Translations under genes and position numbers: made by a program
From: an uncultured virus (IMG/VR IMGVR_UViG_3300042691_011955)
Lineage: Duplodnaviria > Heunggongvirae > Uroviricota > Caudoviricetes
Virus record (IMG/VR): IMGVR_UViG_3300042691_011955
Strand: one strand, 5' to 3'
DNA: 20,000 nt
Notes under the pieces: model-generated
What the model was told of the DNA's origin: nothing
Database searches by the model: none
The model's input: only the letters and a program-made list of their open reading frames with translations
Part shown: piece after piece, positions 7,311 to 17,274 of the stretch
How positions within the stretch are numbered: position 1 is the stretch's first letter
Layout: every line of letters begins with the position of its first letter

Positions 7311-9540
7311 ACCATCAGAAGAACTACAACTTGTCTTTGATAAAGCTGTTAAAGATGCTAAGGCACTCAAGCACGAATATGTTACCCTTGAGCATCTGCT
7401 TTTTGCAATGTTGTGCTCTGAAAACTTTTACAATCTAGTAAAAGGTGCTAGTGCTGATGTTGATTATATCAAAACTAATCTAGAATATTATCTTAAAAAT
7501 AATCTAGAAGAAATTAAAACAGAAGCAGAAAAGTATAAGCCAAAGAAAACACAGTCAGTTGAACGCTGTTTGAATAGAGCATTTACACAAGTATTGTTTG
7601 CTGGACGATCTGAGATTCAACTGAGCGATGTATTGCTTAGTATACTGTCTGAAAAGAAAAGTCATGCCGCATACTATGCAGAAAAAGCAGGTATTGAAAA
7701 AGAAAAGTTTGCTGATTATATCAACAATGAATTAGAAGTTGAAACACAAGATGAAGAAGTGTCAGGTGTTGCTCAAAAGGCACTGAGACAATTTACGACT
7801 AACCTTAACGACGAAGTTAAAAAGAAACGCATTGATCCATTGATTGGTCGTGCAGACGAACTTGAAAGTATTGCTCTTGCTTTGGGTAGACGCAGTAAGA
7901 ACAACGTACTGTTAGTTGGTGAGCCCGGTGTTGGTAAGACTGCTATTGCAGAAGGTCTTGCATACAATATCGTTGAAGGTACTGTGCCAGCGTTTTTAAA
8001 AGATTACTCTGTGTACATGCTGGACATTGGTAGTATGCTTGCAGGTTCTAAGTATCGCGGTGACTTTGAAGAACGTTTTAAACTTGTACTGTCAGGATTA
8101 AAGAGCAAAGGTAAAACTATTATGTTTATCGACGAAGCTCACATGATGAACGGTGCAGGTGCAGGTGGCGGCAACAGTGCTAATGACCTTGCTAATATGT
8201 TAAAGCCTGCACTGAGCAAAGGTAACATCAAAGTTGTAGCAAGTACTACTTGGGAAGAATATCGCAAGTACTTTGAAAAGGATCGTGCGTTGATGCGCAG
8301 ATTCCAACGTGTTACTGTTGACGAGCCTACTCCAGAAGTAACCAAAGACATCTTACGTGGTATTAAGAAGTACTACGAAGATCATCACAAAGTAACTATC
8401 ACAGACGAAGCGATTGAAGTTGCTGTTAAGCTCAGTGTCAAGTATCAAGCAGATAAGAAGTTACCAGATAAGGCTATTGACTTGATCGATCTTGCGTGTT
8501 CTAGATTTAATCTAAAAGATGTCAAAGAAAAAATCGTAGGCGAACAAGAAGTACAGTTTGAACTTGCTAAGGTAGTAAATCTTCCTCCAGAACAGGTTAT
8601 GGAGAAAGAAACTTCTAATCTAGAAAATCTAGAAAAGAATTTAAAAGCAGAAGTATACGGCCAAGATAACGCGATTGAAAATATTGTTGATAAGATTCTT
8701 GTTGCACAAGCTGGACTAAAACCAGAAAACAAACCAATTGGTAGCTTTGTATTCATGGGTCCAACTGGTACAGGTAAAACAGAAACTGCTAAACAACTTG
8801 CTGGACAGCTTGGTGTAAAATTAGTACGCTTTGACATGAGTGAATATCAGGAAAAGCACAGCGTTAGTAAACTGATTGGTTCACCTCCAGGCTATGTAGG
8901 CTTTGAAGAAAACGCAGGTATTCTAATTACTAAATTACAAGAACACCCTAACTGTGTGCTGTTGCTGGATGAGATTGAAAAAGCACATCCTGATGTAGCC
9001 ACAATCCTATTACAGATTATGGACAACGGTCGTATAACTGGATCAAATGGTAAAGAAGCTGATGCACGTAACTGTGTATTAATCTTAACTACTAACTTGG
9101 GCGCACAGGATGCTGAAAAGAATAATATAGGATTCGGTGACAGTCAAGACAAGGAATACGAAGACAAAGAGCTTAAGAAATTCTTTAGTCCAGAGTTCCG
9201 CAATCGATTAGATGGTATTATTACATTTGGTAAACTGACTAAAGAAGTAATGATGAAGGTTGTTGGCAAGTTCTTAGTTGAACTTAAGGCTCAAGTAGCT
9301 GATAAAAATGTTGAAATTTCAATCACAAACGAATCACTTGATGCACTAGTAGATCGTGGATTTGATAAAAAGATGGGTGCTCGTCCTCTACAACGTGTGA
9401 TTGACAAAGATATTAAACGTCCTTTGGCTCGCAAGCTGTTGTTTGGCGAGTTGAAGAATGGTGGAAAAGTAAACATCGACTTCAGAAACAACGAGTTTGT
9501 ACTCGAATGTGTCACGGAGCAAGTAGTTGAAAAAGTGTGA
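7303..9540 (+). CDS. clpA: ATP-dependent Clp protease ATP-binding subunit, ClpA-type
   Basis: Clp N domain (HEYVTLEHLL); two AAA+ modules (GEPGVGKT/FIDEAH and GPTGTGKT/LLDEIEKAH); IGF loop; no ClpB/C middle domain. Probable start ATG 7303 after AAGGA. Confidence 0.93.
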   Translation: MVEPSEELQLVFDKAVKDAKALKHEYVTLEHLLFAMLCSENFYNLVKGASADVDYIKTNLEYYLKNNLEEIKTEAEKYKPKKTQSVERCLNRAFTQVLFAGRSEIQLSDVLLSILSEKKSHAAYYAEKAGIEKEKFADYINNELEVETQDEEVSGVAQKALRQFTTNLNDEVKKKRIDPLIGRADELESIALALGRRSKNNVLLVGEPGVGKTAIAEGLAYNIVEGTVPAFLKDYSVYMLDIGSMLAGSKYRGDFEERFKLVLSGLKSKGKTIMFIDEAHMMNGAGAGGGNSANDLANMLKPALSKGNIKVVASTTWEEYRKYFEKDRALMRRFQRVTVDEPTPEVTKDILRGIKKYYEDHHKVTITDEAIEVAVKLSVKYQADKKLPDKAIDLIDLACSRFNLKDVKEKIVGEQEVQFELAKVVNLPPEQVMEKETSNLENLEKNLKAEVYGQDNAIENIVDKILVAQAGLKPENKPIGSFVFMGPTGTGKTETAKQLAGQLGVKLVRFDMSEYQEKHSVSKLIGSPPGYVGFEENAGILITKLQEHPNCVLLLDEIEKAHPDVATILLQIMDNGRITGSNGKEADARNCVLILTTNLGAQDAEKNNIGFGDSQDKEYEDKELKKFFSPEFRNRLDGIITFGKLTKEVMMKVVGKFLVELKAQVADKNVEISITNESLDALVDRGFDKKMGARPLQRVIDKDIKRPLARKLLFGELKNGGKVNIDFRNNEFVLECVTEQVVEKV

Positions 9541-10195
9541 AACACACAAACTTTTTTGGAATAAATACTTCTACAAGTTGGTCATAAACAACCGACTTGC
9601 AGGAGCATTTAGGAATAAGAATCTAAGAATGGCCAAATCATTCTTAGATTCACTTGACATAGAGTATAAGGCTGGTAGACCTTTGATGCTTACTAAAACA
9701 CTACGTCAAGATGTAATAACAGAAAGTCATTATCGTGATGCAAAAAAGATACATAAGTATCTTAACAATGTTGATGACTATATGCTTAGAGTTGAAAGTT
9801 CTAATCTATGCATTTACAGCAACGATCGAAAATGGTTAACTAATCTAAAAGCAGATATAAGCGCATATAACTTAGAAGAATTTTGGGAACCAAGTCCTGA
9901 AGCACTTAATATTCTTAATGCCAACACCATCATTGTAGAACAAGAAATACCATTCCAGTTCCGCGTTACCCTTGGTCGTAAGCGTGGAAATGAAAACTTT
10001 GCATTATGGGCTGAGAAAAATCCCAAGCAAATAAAACTGGGCCCCGTGCTTAAAGAAGTAATGATAGAAAATGGGTACGTTGACGGCATGTATTTTTATG
10101 CCCGAGACGATCGTACTCTCCAGCTATGTAACTTAATGCTGGACAATATTCGCAGAGTTGATCGTATAGTGTCAAAGCGTAATATTGATAAATAG
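9527..10195 (+). CDS. Hypothetical protein
   Basis: 222-aa ORF overlapping the clpA end (TTG start, GGAG upstream); no recognisable motif. Confidence 0.75.
   Translation: MKKCETHKLFWNKYFYKLVINNRLAGAFRNKNLRMAKSFLDSLDIEYKAGRPLMLTKTLRQDVITESHYRDAKKIHKYLNNVDDYMLRVESSNLCIYSNDRKWLTNLKADISAYNLEEFWEPSPEALNILNANTIIVEQEIPFQFRVTLGRKRGNENFALWAEKNPKQIKLGPVLKEVMIENGYVDGMYFYARDDRTLQLCNLMLDNIRRVDRIVSKRNIDK
10189..10194 (+). promoter_or_regulatory. TAAATA late-promoter-like motif 5 nt before ATG 10200
   Basis: gaTAAATAgttacATG; overlaps the end of the upstream gene. Confidence 0.6.
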
Positions 10196-10199
10196 TTAC

Positions 10200-10607
10200 A
10201 TGAGCACAAATTCAGAAACCATTTTATCCCAACAAACACACATAGGCGACAGTTCGTTACAGTCGCTTATCAGCAATCCGTTCAAGGGCGACGGCTTTTA
10301 TAGCCGATCAGACGGCTTGCACACTATCCAAGTATCTATAGCAGGATTTATTGGTAAGATATCTATTCAAGGTACTCTTGCAGTAAATCCTGTAGAATCA
10401 GATTGGTTCACTGTAGAACTAGGCACAGGTGCTATGAGTGTTGACACTACCGGACTACTTACAGAACAAAATATTACATCTGTAGAATACACAAGTCCTA
10501 CAACAAATTCAAAATCTTACAATTTTATTGGTAATTATGTTTGGGTACGTGCTCGAGTATTTGACTGGACCGATGGTACAATTAATACTATTAAATTAAA
10601 TCATTAA
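10200..10607 (+). CDS. Hypothetical, probably virion structural protein (beta-rich)
   Basis: Ser/Thr-rich beta-strand pattern ending NYVWVRAR; precedes the tail fibre. Start re-assigned from TTG 10185 to ATG 10200. Confidence 0.7.
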   Translation: MSTNSETILSQQTHIGDSSLQSLISNPFKGDGFYSRSDGLHTIQVSIAGFIGKISIQGTLAVNPVESDWFTVELGTGAMSVDTTGLLTEQNITSVEYTSPTTNSKSYNFIGNYVWVRARVFDWTDGTINTIKLNH

Positions 10608-10616
10608 GGGTAGAGC

Positions 10617-13600
10617 ATGGCTAAGAAAACTATTAATTTGGGCTCAGGAGAATTAACAGGAGACGGCGAAAGTATACGCTCTGCTTTTTCAAAAGTAAAT
10701 GAAAACTTTACTGAAATATATAATGGCGGGATTGGTGGAAATATCGATCTGTCAGCTGTTGCGCAAAATATTGTACCGTCAGTAGACAGCGACGGTACTA
10801 CAGGATATACGCTAGGTAGTCCAGATTTTAAATGGAAAGAATTATTTGTTTCTAACGGTTCTATCTACATTGGTGATATTAAACTAACTAACGTTGGCGG
10901 TAAGTTTGTTGCTACAAAAGTCGTTAATCCTGGCACAGAAGAAGAAGAGGATGATCCAGAAGACAGCGATGCTACAAGTGACATTAGTGGCAATGCTAAC
11001 ACTGGAAACTTTACGTTCAACGCAGATACAATCGCAAACAATAACGACGCATCGATTGAAGTAGTTGGTGGTTCATTAGGAAACATCGAGGTAGCTACAG
11101 TAGATGAACTTGTGCCGCCAGGCGGCATTTGGAGATTGTTTATTGGTGATGAAGCATATCCTACTTTAGGTACAACTGTTCAGATAGGCGACACTGTAAC
11201 CACATCCTGGGGAACTCCCATAACTGCCACTATTACAGATATCCAACAAGATAACGGCTATTGGCAAATCCACGTTGATCAAGATATTACTGCGGGACAT
11301 GATTATTATGACACAGTTACATTTAGTACAGTAGTAACAACTAAGACTTGGACATTTGGCCAAGATGGTAGTTTACAGATTCCAGGTGGTATTACCGGCG
11401 ACAACGACATCAACATCACTATTGACAATGACGACAGTAGTACATACACTTGGAACTTTGATCGGACTGGTGATCTAACTGCTCCTGGAGATATTACCAC
11501 AGGCCTCGACGGTATTGGTGGTAGATTTATTCAAGACTGTGCTGACGGAGCTACTAGTATGCGTTGGATCAATGTCAATCAAGGCAGCAGTAACACACAA
11601 CTTATCCGTGCTTACACAGGTGATCCTAAACTAAACACAGAAGTTGAACGAGCACAGATCAAACTAAACTGGGATCAAACTGAAGACAAGAGTGGTTTGA
11701 CTATTAGAACATTTGATCAATCCAATCCAAACAACGAAGTAGATCACGATTGGCTATTTAAGGGCGACGGTGTACTACAACTACCTGTGGGTGGAGACAT
11801 TGTAGACAGCACTGGTGCGTCAGTATTAGGCGGTGGGTCAAGCGGTGATGCCAACATCTGGGTACAGACATTTGAATCTGAGGACGGTGCCCCAACAGAC
11901 ATTGTGTCAATAGCATCCAGCGTGGAATATGATAGTGCGGGCAATGTTATTGCCTTGTTCAGTCATTTTAACGACAATGACAACAGTCGTTACTATTCAG
12001 TGGGCAAGTATACCACCACAGGTACCAAGATATGGACAGCAAGATTTGAGGATGGTTTTCAAACAGACGGCTGGGGCTTGGCTGTGGACAATGACAGCAA
12101 CTCAATATATGTGGCAGGTAAAACACTGGTATCAAACGAATCGGGATATGATGTATCCACACTGACCAAACTTGACGCCGCTGATGGCACCTTTGAGTGG
12201 AGCAAGGTCTATGACTTTGGCTTCGTCAGTGACAGTCCTGTAGTTGATGTGGCCTCAGACGGCAATCCAGTCATGGTGGGATATGCCAGCAACGGCACTG
12301 ACAATTATATCACCACTACCAAAGTTGATCCGGCAGACGGCACAATAATATGGTCAAGAGCACTGGATGGACAAGGCAATGAAGAAGCCTTTGGTATGGC
12401 AGTGGGTCCTACAGGAGAAGTAGTGGCTGTTGGTTATATGACTCAGTTAGGTGTACTGTATGCGGCCGAGACATTGTCAGTTGATCCAGCGAGCAATCCA
12501 CTATGGACTGTAGGCGGTTCAATAAATTTTGTGAATGGCATCACAGCAAATTACTCTTTCACTGACGGTGTTCCCACATTTACCAATGTGGTTGATACTA
12601 CGGGTGGCAGATCAGTGGACGATGTAATTGTCACTGTGTTGGGTGAGGACCTTGGCGGCGTTACTGGTGTAGATGATATGATCGTCAAAGTGGCCACCTT
12701 GGCTGCTAACGACACTGACGACCGTATGCTTGTGGTCAAGTACAACAGTTCAGGAGTAATACAGTGGCAAAAAGCCATACAGTTTGATGCGGGCTTTGAC
12801 TGCCGTGGAGCAGATGCTGACATTGACAGCGACGGTAACATCTATGTTACTGGCAGTTATCAATATAGTTTTGAAAGCGGAACAACCAGTGCTCTCAGCA
12901 TACTGAAACTGGACAGCGCGGGTGTGAAACAGTGGAGTAGACGAGTAACAGGCAACTGTGAAACATTTGGCGTCAGTGTGGTGGTTGGCGCTGATGATAA
13001 ACTGTACTTGTCAGCTATGACTGGCAACAACAATGATGTGAACAACGCTTTTACCTGGGTCGCAGCCAAATATGGCATTAATGGCACCGTGGAATGGCAA
13101 AGACTCATAGACAATACCACAGGTTGGTCATTTACTGGCGACATCTTTTCAGGCGAGGGCGGCGGCAGTAACATAGCAGTCAAACAGGACTATGTGGTAC
13201 TTGCGGGCGGGTTTGGTCTTCTAATAGAAGAGCCTCCTCGGGCCACAGTGGTTCAGGTCGCGGCCACTGGAGATGTGTTCTCTGTAGGCGACTGGGCGTT
13301 CACAGCGGCTTCATTCAGCGGTGTACTCAACAGTTCAGCCAGTGACATCACAGTGGTTGACGCACAAAAATTTGACGCAGACAACGGTGAAGGCGAAGTC
13401 ACAGTCACAACAGCAGAATTAACAACAGAGGTCAGCGGTTTCTTGATAGGCACGCTGTACACAGTGGGTGGTGACAACAGTTTAATCAACGGTGCCTACA
13501 CAGTTACTTTGGAAAATACTGGCACTTTAACATTGCCAGCAGGTGGTACTATCACTGAAGGCTATGTTACCAGCAATCCCACAATCCAACTTACTCCAGC

Positions 13601-15155
13601 AAGCCCGGATGTGGCCAGCCAGAAGTTGGTGATCAAGGGCGGTGCTCTCTATAATTTTACCGACAACGGTATAAGCATAAATTACAGTAATAACACCGCC
13701 CTAGTTGGTGATACTCTTACTTTCTATATATCTTCAAACACCTACGCTGATCAAACGCTCTACTGGTGGATCTACCCAGAGGATGCTAACATATCAGATC
13801 CAGGATCAGGCACAGTGGCTGTTAATGAGTTTGGCAATGGCGATTTTAGTTTTACACTAGACAGTGATGACAATGAGTTTACTATTCGTGTGTCACCTGA
13901 AGAGGACAACTACGGTCCGGGAGTTATAGGTGTTCAATCAGGATTGATTAACCCTGACGCACCTACATTTGATTTTGAGCATCACCTACACTTGACCACA
14001 GGCGACTTGGCTGAAACCAGCATCTTCCTGGGCACTGATGATCACAATGTGCGAACAACTGTTAACGGTGACATACAAATTACCACTCCTAACACGGGCA
14101 ACAATGTTTGGACCTTTGACAATGAAGGCGGGTTAACATTACCGGCAGGTGGCGACATTCTTGATAGTAATGGCACAAGCGTGTTGGGCGGAGCAAATAC
14201 TGGCGATATTACTTTTAGCGGTAGAACTATAGGAGCATCAACTGGTACTGGTTCCGATGCTATCACTATTGATGACGATTTAACAATAACCGGAAATGAT
14301 TTAAACTTAGATGCAACTACAGGGTCTCCTAGAATATATTTCTATGAAGGCGGACAAAGTGGCGGCCCAGTTTTAACTATTCAAACTTATGATGTTGTAT
14401 CCGGAGAGACGGGAGCAATGGTTTGGGCAGACAACAGAGGTTCTGGAGTTAGGAATTTATTATTAGGAACAGATGGCGGGGCTGTAAAAATTAGAAGTAC
14501 TGGAGATAACGCTTCTACACACGATTGGACATTTGGCCAAGATGGTAAAACAACATTGCCAGGTGCTGTAGTTAACAGCACAGTGGCCAAGACTGGGATT
14601 GCCTATAACACTGGAACAGCAACTTCTCTATCAGATAGTGGATATATAGGTGCTATTGTAGATGGCAACTACGGACCATTTACTCGAGGACCGGTCACAT
14701 TTACAGTAGTGGTCACTGGTGGCGCGGCCGCATATACTGTTACTAACACAACTGGTAATACCGCAGTGAATGACGTTATTGGAACATTAGATACCGGTGA
14801 TCTAGGCGGAACTTTAGGAAGCACCGCAAATATATCAGTTGCGGATGTTATTCAAGCAGTTACAGCACTGGATCTAACTAAAACTGTCAACAAACTAACA
14901 GACGGTATATATTCTTTAGCAGACGGTGTTGAAGGACAGATCATGTACTTGGTACCACAGAACGGAGCAACACCCGCAAACGTAAGTGTTACTGTAGCTA
15001 CTTACAGAATAGGTGGTGGTACAGGAACTAACGGACTGCTATTACCATTTAGAATATTCAATGATGCCATCGCTTCATATGTTGATAGTAGTGCTTTCTG
15101 TACACTGATATTCACAGACGGTGCTTGGCAACAAACGGGCGGAGCGTGGGATTAA
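10617..15155 (+). CDS. Large tail fibre/baseplate-associated protein with beta-propeller-like region
   Basis: N-terminus INLG...GDGESIRSAFSKVNENFTEIY resembles the T4 gp9/gp10-type anchor. Gly/Thr/Asp-rich. Repeated W-x-F-x-x-D/E-G-x-L linkers and propeller-like blades (KYxxxGxxxW, D-S-x-GN-x-Y). Confidence 0.8.
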   Translation: MAKKTINLGSGELTGDGESIRSAFSKVNENFTEIYNGGIGGNIDLSAVAQNIVPSVDSDGTTGYTLGSPDFKWKELFVSNGSIYIGDIKLTNVGGKFVATKVVNPGTEEEEDDPEDSDATSDISGNANTGNFTFNADTIANNNDASIEVVGGSLGNIEVATVDELVPPGGIWRLFIGDEAYPTLGTTVQIGDTVTTSWGTPITATITDIQQDNGYWQIHVDQDITAGHDYYDTVTFSTVVTTKTWTFGQDGSLQIPGGITGDNDINITIDNDDSSTYTWNFDRTGDLTAPGDITTGLDGIGGRFIQDCADGATSMRWINVNQGSSNTQLIRAYTGDPKLNTEVERAQIKLNWDQTEDKSGLTIRTFDQSNPNNEVDHDWLFKGDGVLQLPVGGDIVDSTGASVLGGGSSGDANIWVQTFESEDGAPTDIVSIASSVEYDSAGNVIALFSHFNDNDNSRYYSVGKYTTTGTKIWTARFEDGFQTDGWGLAVDNDSNSIYVAGKTLVSNESGYDVSTLTKLDAADGTFEWSKVYDFGFVSDSPVVDVASDGNPVMVGYASNGTDNYITTTKVDPADGTIIWSRALDGQGNEEAFGMAVGPTGEVVAVGYMTQLGVLYAAETLSVDPASNPLWTVGGSINFVNGITANYSFTDGVPTFTNVVDTTGGRSVDDVIVTVLGEDLGGVTGVDDMIVKVATLAANDTDDRMLVVKYNSSGVIQWQKAIQFDAGFDCRGADADIDSDGNIYVTGSYQYSFESGTTSALSILKLDSAGVKQWSRRVTGNCETFGVSVVVGADDKLYLSAMTGNNNDVNNAFTWVAAKYGINGTVEWQRLIDNTTGWSFTGDIFSGEGGGSNIAVKQDYVVLAGGFGLLIEEPPRATVVQVAATGDVFSVGDWAFTAASFSGVLNSSASDITVVDAQKFDADNGEGEVTVTTAELTTEVSGFLIGTLYTVGGDNSLINGAYTVTLENTGTLTLPAGGTITEGYVTSNPTIQLTPASPDVASQKLVIKGGALYNFTDNGISINYSNNTALVGDTLTFYISSNTYADQTLYWWIYPEDANISDPGSGTVAVNEFGNGDFSFTLDSDDNEFTIRVSPEEDNYGPGVIGVQSGLINPDAPTFDFEHHLHLTTGDLAETSIFLGTDDHNVRTTVNGDIQITTPNTGNNVWTFDNEGGLTLPAGGDILDSNGTSVLGGANTGDITFSGRTIGASTGTGSDAITIDDDLTITGNDLNLDATTGSPRIYFYEGGQSGGPVLTIQTYDVVSGETGAMVWADNRGSGVRNLLLGTDGGAVKIRSTGDNASTHDWTFGQDGKTTLPGAVVNSTVAKTGIAYNTGTATSLSDSGYIGAIVDGNYGPFTRGPVTFTVVVTGGAAAYTVTNTTGNTAVNDVIGTLDTGDLGGTLGSTANISVADVIQAVTALDLTKTVNKLTDGIYSLADGVEGQIMYLVPQNGATPANVSVTVATYRIGGGTGTNGLLLPFRIFNDAIASYVDSSAFCTLIFTDGAWQQTGGAWD
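11348..14547 (+). repeat. Exact 23-bp direct repeat TTGGACATTTGGCCAAGATGGTA (11348-11370 and 14525-14547) inside the tail fibre gene
   Basis: Both copies read directly from the sequence; they encode WTFGQDG in the same frame. Confidence 0.9.
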
Positions 15156-15162
15156 AGAACGG

Positions 15163-15232
15163 TAAATAGTACTAAAGAGATAATCTATGCTAGTCTACAC
15201 TAAGAACTTGAGATTAAGTAAAAAAGTAAATA
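15163..15232 (+). promoter_or_regulatory. Two TAAATA late-promoter-like motifs (15163-15168, 15227-15232)
   Basis: Both lie in the ~100-bp intergenic gap before the modular-protein cluster. Confidence 0.55.
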
Positions 15233-15256
15233 CATGATAAATTTAAGGTTTGATAT

Positions 15257-15823
15257 ATGGAACATTTTGTAAGAGTAATATTTGAAAAGAGCGATAGTCT
15301 AACTGAAAGTTTAGACGAATCTGTCTTTCCAGGTAACGAACTATTTGAAACTGCGCAGGGCGCACATGTGTTTCAAATACCTCTACCAAGAGCACTTACA
15401 GAACAAGAATCAGACGAATATGCACAACGCCTAAGCAACTACATGTTTGAGCAAGGATTTGACGATTTTGATATTGAAATAAGCTCAGATATAGATGAGA
15501 ACATTATTGAAGAAACCTACGAAGGTGACGACTTCTTTATAGAGTACGGTGTAATGTGGTTCAACGAAGATCAGCTAGACGAAGCAGAATATCAAGGTCG
15601 TAAAGTTTCGTTGGGCAAGCCCATGCAGGGCGATGTTAAAAAGTTTAAGGTATATGTTAAAGATCCAGGCACAGGTAACATTAAAAAAGTTAACTTTGGT
15701 GATCCTAACATGACCATTAAGAAATCTAATCCAGCTAGACGTAGAAGCTTTAGAGCAAGACATAATTGTGATAATCCAGGACCGCGTACTAAGGCACGCT
15801 ATTGGTCTTGCAGAAAATGGTAA
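15257..15823 (+). CDS. Two-part hypothetical protein: acidic N-terminal half and basic C-terminal module (KKVNFGDP...RRRSFRARHNC...YWSC)
   Basis: Sharp charge switch at LDE-AEYQG; basic module of a type common in large phage genomes. Confidence 0.8.
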   Translation: MEHFVRVIFEKSDSLTESLDESVFPGNELFETAQGAHVFQIPLPRALTEQESDEYAQRLSNYMFEQGFDDFDIEISSDIDENIIEETYEGDDFFIEYGVMWFNEDQLDEAEYQGRKVSLGKPMQGDVKKFKVYVKDPGTGNIKKVNFGDPNMTIKKSNPARRRSFRARHNCDNPGPRTKARYWSCRKW

Positions 15824-15827
15824 TAAT

Positions 15828-16163
15828 ATGAGAATAGTTGAATTTACACACCCAGATAATAAAGAACTACCTTTTGATGTAGTTGAAGACGCAATAGTAT
15901 TCATGCGTAACGATCCCATGTTCTATCGCAAACAATACTATCCTACTGTAACTAAACTTGCAGACATGAGTCGCGCAGGTAAATCTTGCAACAAAATGGA
16001 AATGTTTTCTTCTATGGTTGAAGAAGGTATTACTCAATACTGCCGAAAATTTAAGCTAGCCGATCAAGCTGATGAAATTTTTAACAATGACGATCGCTCT
16101 GCTATTATAGATAAACTATTTTCCGAAGAAATGGATCTTATTAAAAAGGGCGATTACAAATGA
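15828..16163 (+). CDS. Hypothetical protein (MRIVEF...)
   Basis: In-frame ATG at 15828 directly after the previous stop; ATGA overlap with the next gene. Confidence 0.75.
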   Translation: MRIVEFTHPDNKELPFDVVEDAIVFMRNDPMFYRKQYYPTVTKLADMSRAGKSCNKMEMFSSMVEEGITQYCRKFKLADQADEIFNNDDRSAIIDKLFSEEMDLIKKGDYK

Positions 16164-17047
16164 AAGTCTATCAAATTGTTGAAGCTAAAAGTGCAGCCGT
16201 AATAGCATTTGGTAGGATGAATCCCCCTACTATAGGGCACAAAAAACTAGTTGACAAAATTAAAAGTTTACCCGGTGACCCTTATATCTTTTTAAGTCAA
16301 TCGCAGAAACCTAAGACTGACCCACTAGACTTTCAAACAAAATTGCGCTACGCAAAGTTTTTCTTTCCAGAGCTAACCATTGGTAATCCAGAAGTAAAAA
16401 CAATCATTCAAGCATTACAAAAGATTAATCAACTTGGGTATACTGAGCTAATTTATGTAGCAGGATCTGATCGTGTAGAATCATTTCAAGAACTAATTAA
16501 CAAATACAACGGTGTTGAATACAATTTTAACAACATACAAGTAGTTAGTGCAGGCGAGCGTGATCCAGATGCAGATGGTGCTGAAGGTATGAGTGCAAGT
16601 AAAATGCGAGCTGCTGCGGCCAGCGGTGACTTTGATGCATTTGCACAAGGTGTGCCTAATCAAGAACTAGCACATGAAATGTTTGCGGCTGTACGCAAGG
16701 GTATGGGAATCAAAGACAAAGAAGCTGTGCCTGCAGAAAGTATGGAAGAACAAACAGTTGATCCTAACAAACTAATGGCATCTATGTTAATGGGTGGTGA
16801 ATATAAAGAATTTGATTTAACACCAACTATGGAAAAAAATAATTGGGTTGGAACACCAAGACAAGTTATCGAGCAAGCTGATAAATGGTTGTCAGATTTT
16901 TTAAGACAACGTGGCGCCATGTATTCTAATTTAAAATTAAGATACAAGGGCACGACTATGAACTCTAGTAAAACAGGTGATGTTGATGCAAGCGACCCAG
17001 AGTTAGACGATATGCTTAATCAAGCAAGACAACGATTAAAAAAATAA
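16160..17047 (+). CDS. HIGH-superfamily nucleotidyltransferase (phage 'cytidyltransferase'-like) with extra C-terminal module
   Basis: FGRMNPPTIGH (HxGH-like), VAGSDR, SAGERDPD, MSASKMR (KMSKS-like). Confidence 0.85.
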   Translation: MKVYQIVEAKSAAVIAFGRMNPPTIGHKKLVDKIKSLPGDPYIFLSQSQKPKTDPLDFQTKLRYAKFFFPELTIGNPEVKTIIQALQKINQLGYTELIYVAGSDRVESFQELINKYNGVEYNFNNIQVVSAGERDPDADGAEGMSASKMRAAAASGDFDAFAQGVPNQELAHEMFAAVRKGMGIKDKEAVPAESMEEQTVDPNKLMASMLMGGEYKEFDLTPTMEKNNWVGTPRQVIEQADKWLSDFLRQRGAMYSNLKLRYKGTTMNSSKTGDVDASDPELDDMLNQARQRLKK

Positions 17048-17274
17048 TGGACGAAATCCAACAGCTCAAACGCCTAGCGGGTATCAACGAATTTAAAGGA
17101 TACACTGCATACGAAGGCTCAAACATTTCAGTTACAGGTACTGAAAAGAAACGGATTGAGCGTGAACGTAATATACAACCTGGTACAGAAGAATGGTTTC
17201 AACTTTGGTTTACTATTCCTGGGCTTACTGGCCCCTTGAGTCAACAGCCAGGATTTAGAGGACGCAAGCGATGA
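17047..17274 (+). CDS. Small hypothetical protein (MDEIQQLKRLAGI...)
   Basis: TAATG coupling upstream and ATGA overlap downstream. Confidence 0.75.
   Translation: MDEIQQLKRLAGINEFKGYTAYEGSNISVTGTEKKRIERERNIQPGTEEWFQLWFTIPGLTGPLSQQPGFRGRKR

Noticed and set aside
6020..9540. Bacterial chromosome origin suggested by dnaJ, def and clpA
   Set aside because: Context (lysis cassette, tail fibre, TAAATA motifs, phage-type modular proteins, non-bacterial gene order) indicates a phage genome.
11348..14547. Diversity-generating retroelement or invertible shufflon in the tail fibre
   Set aside because: Repeats are short, direct and lack adenine-specific mismatches; no reverse transcriptase or invertase in the window.
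15187..15237. 16-codon ORF MLVYTKNLRLSKKVNT between two TAAATA motifs
   Set aside because: Too short, weak RBS, and expected by chance in AT-rich DNA.
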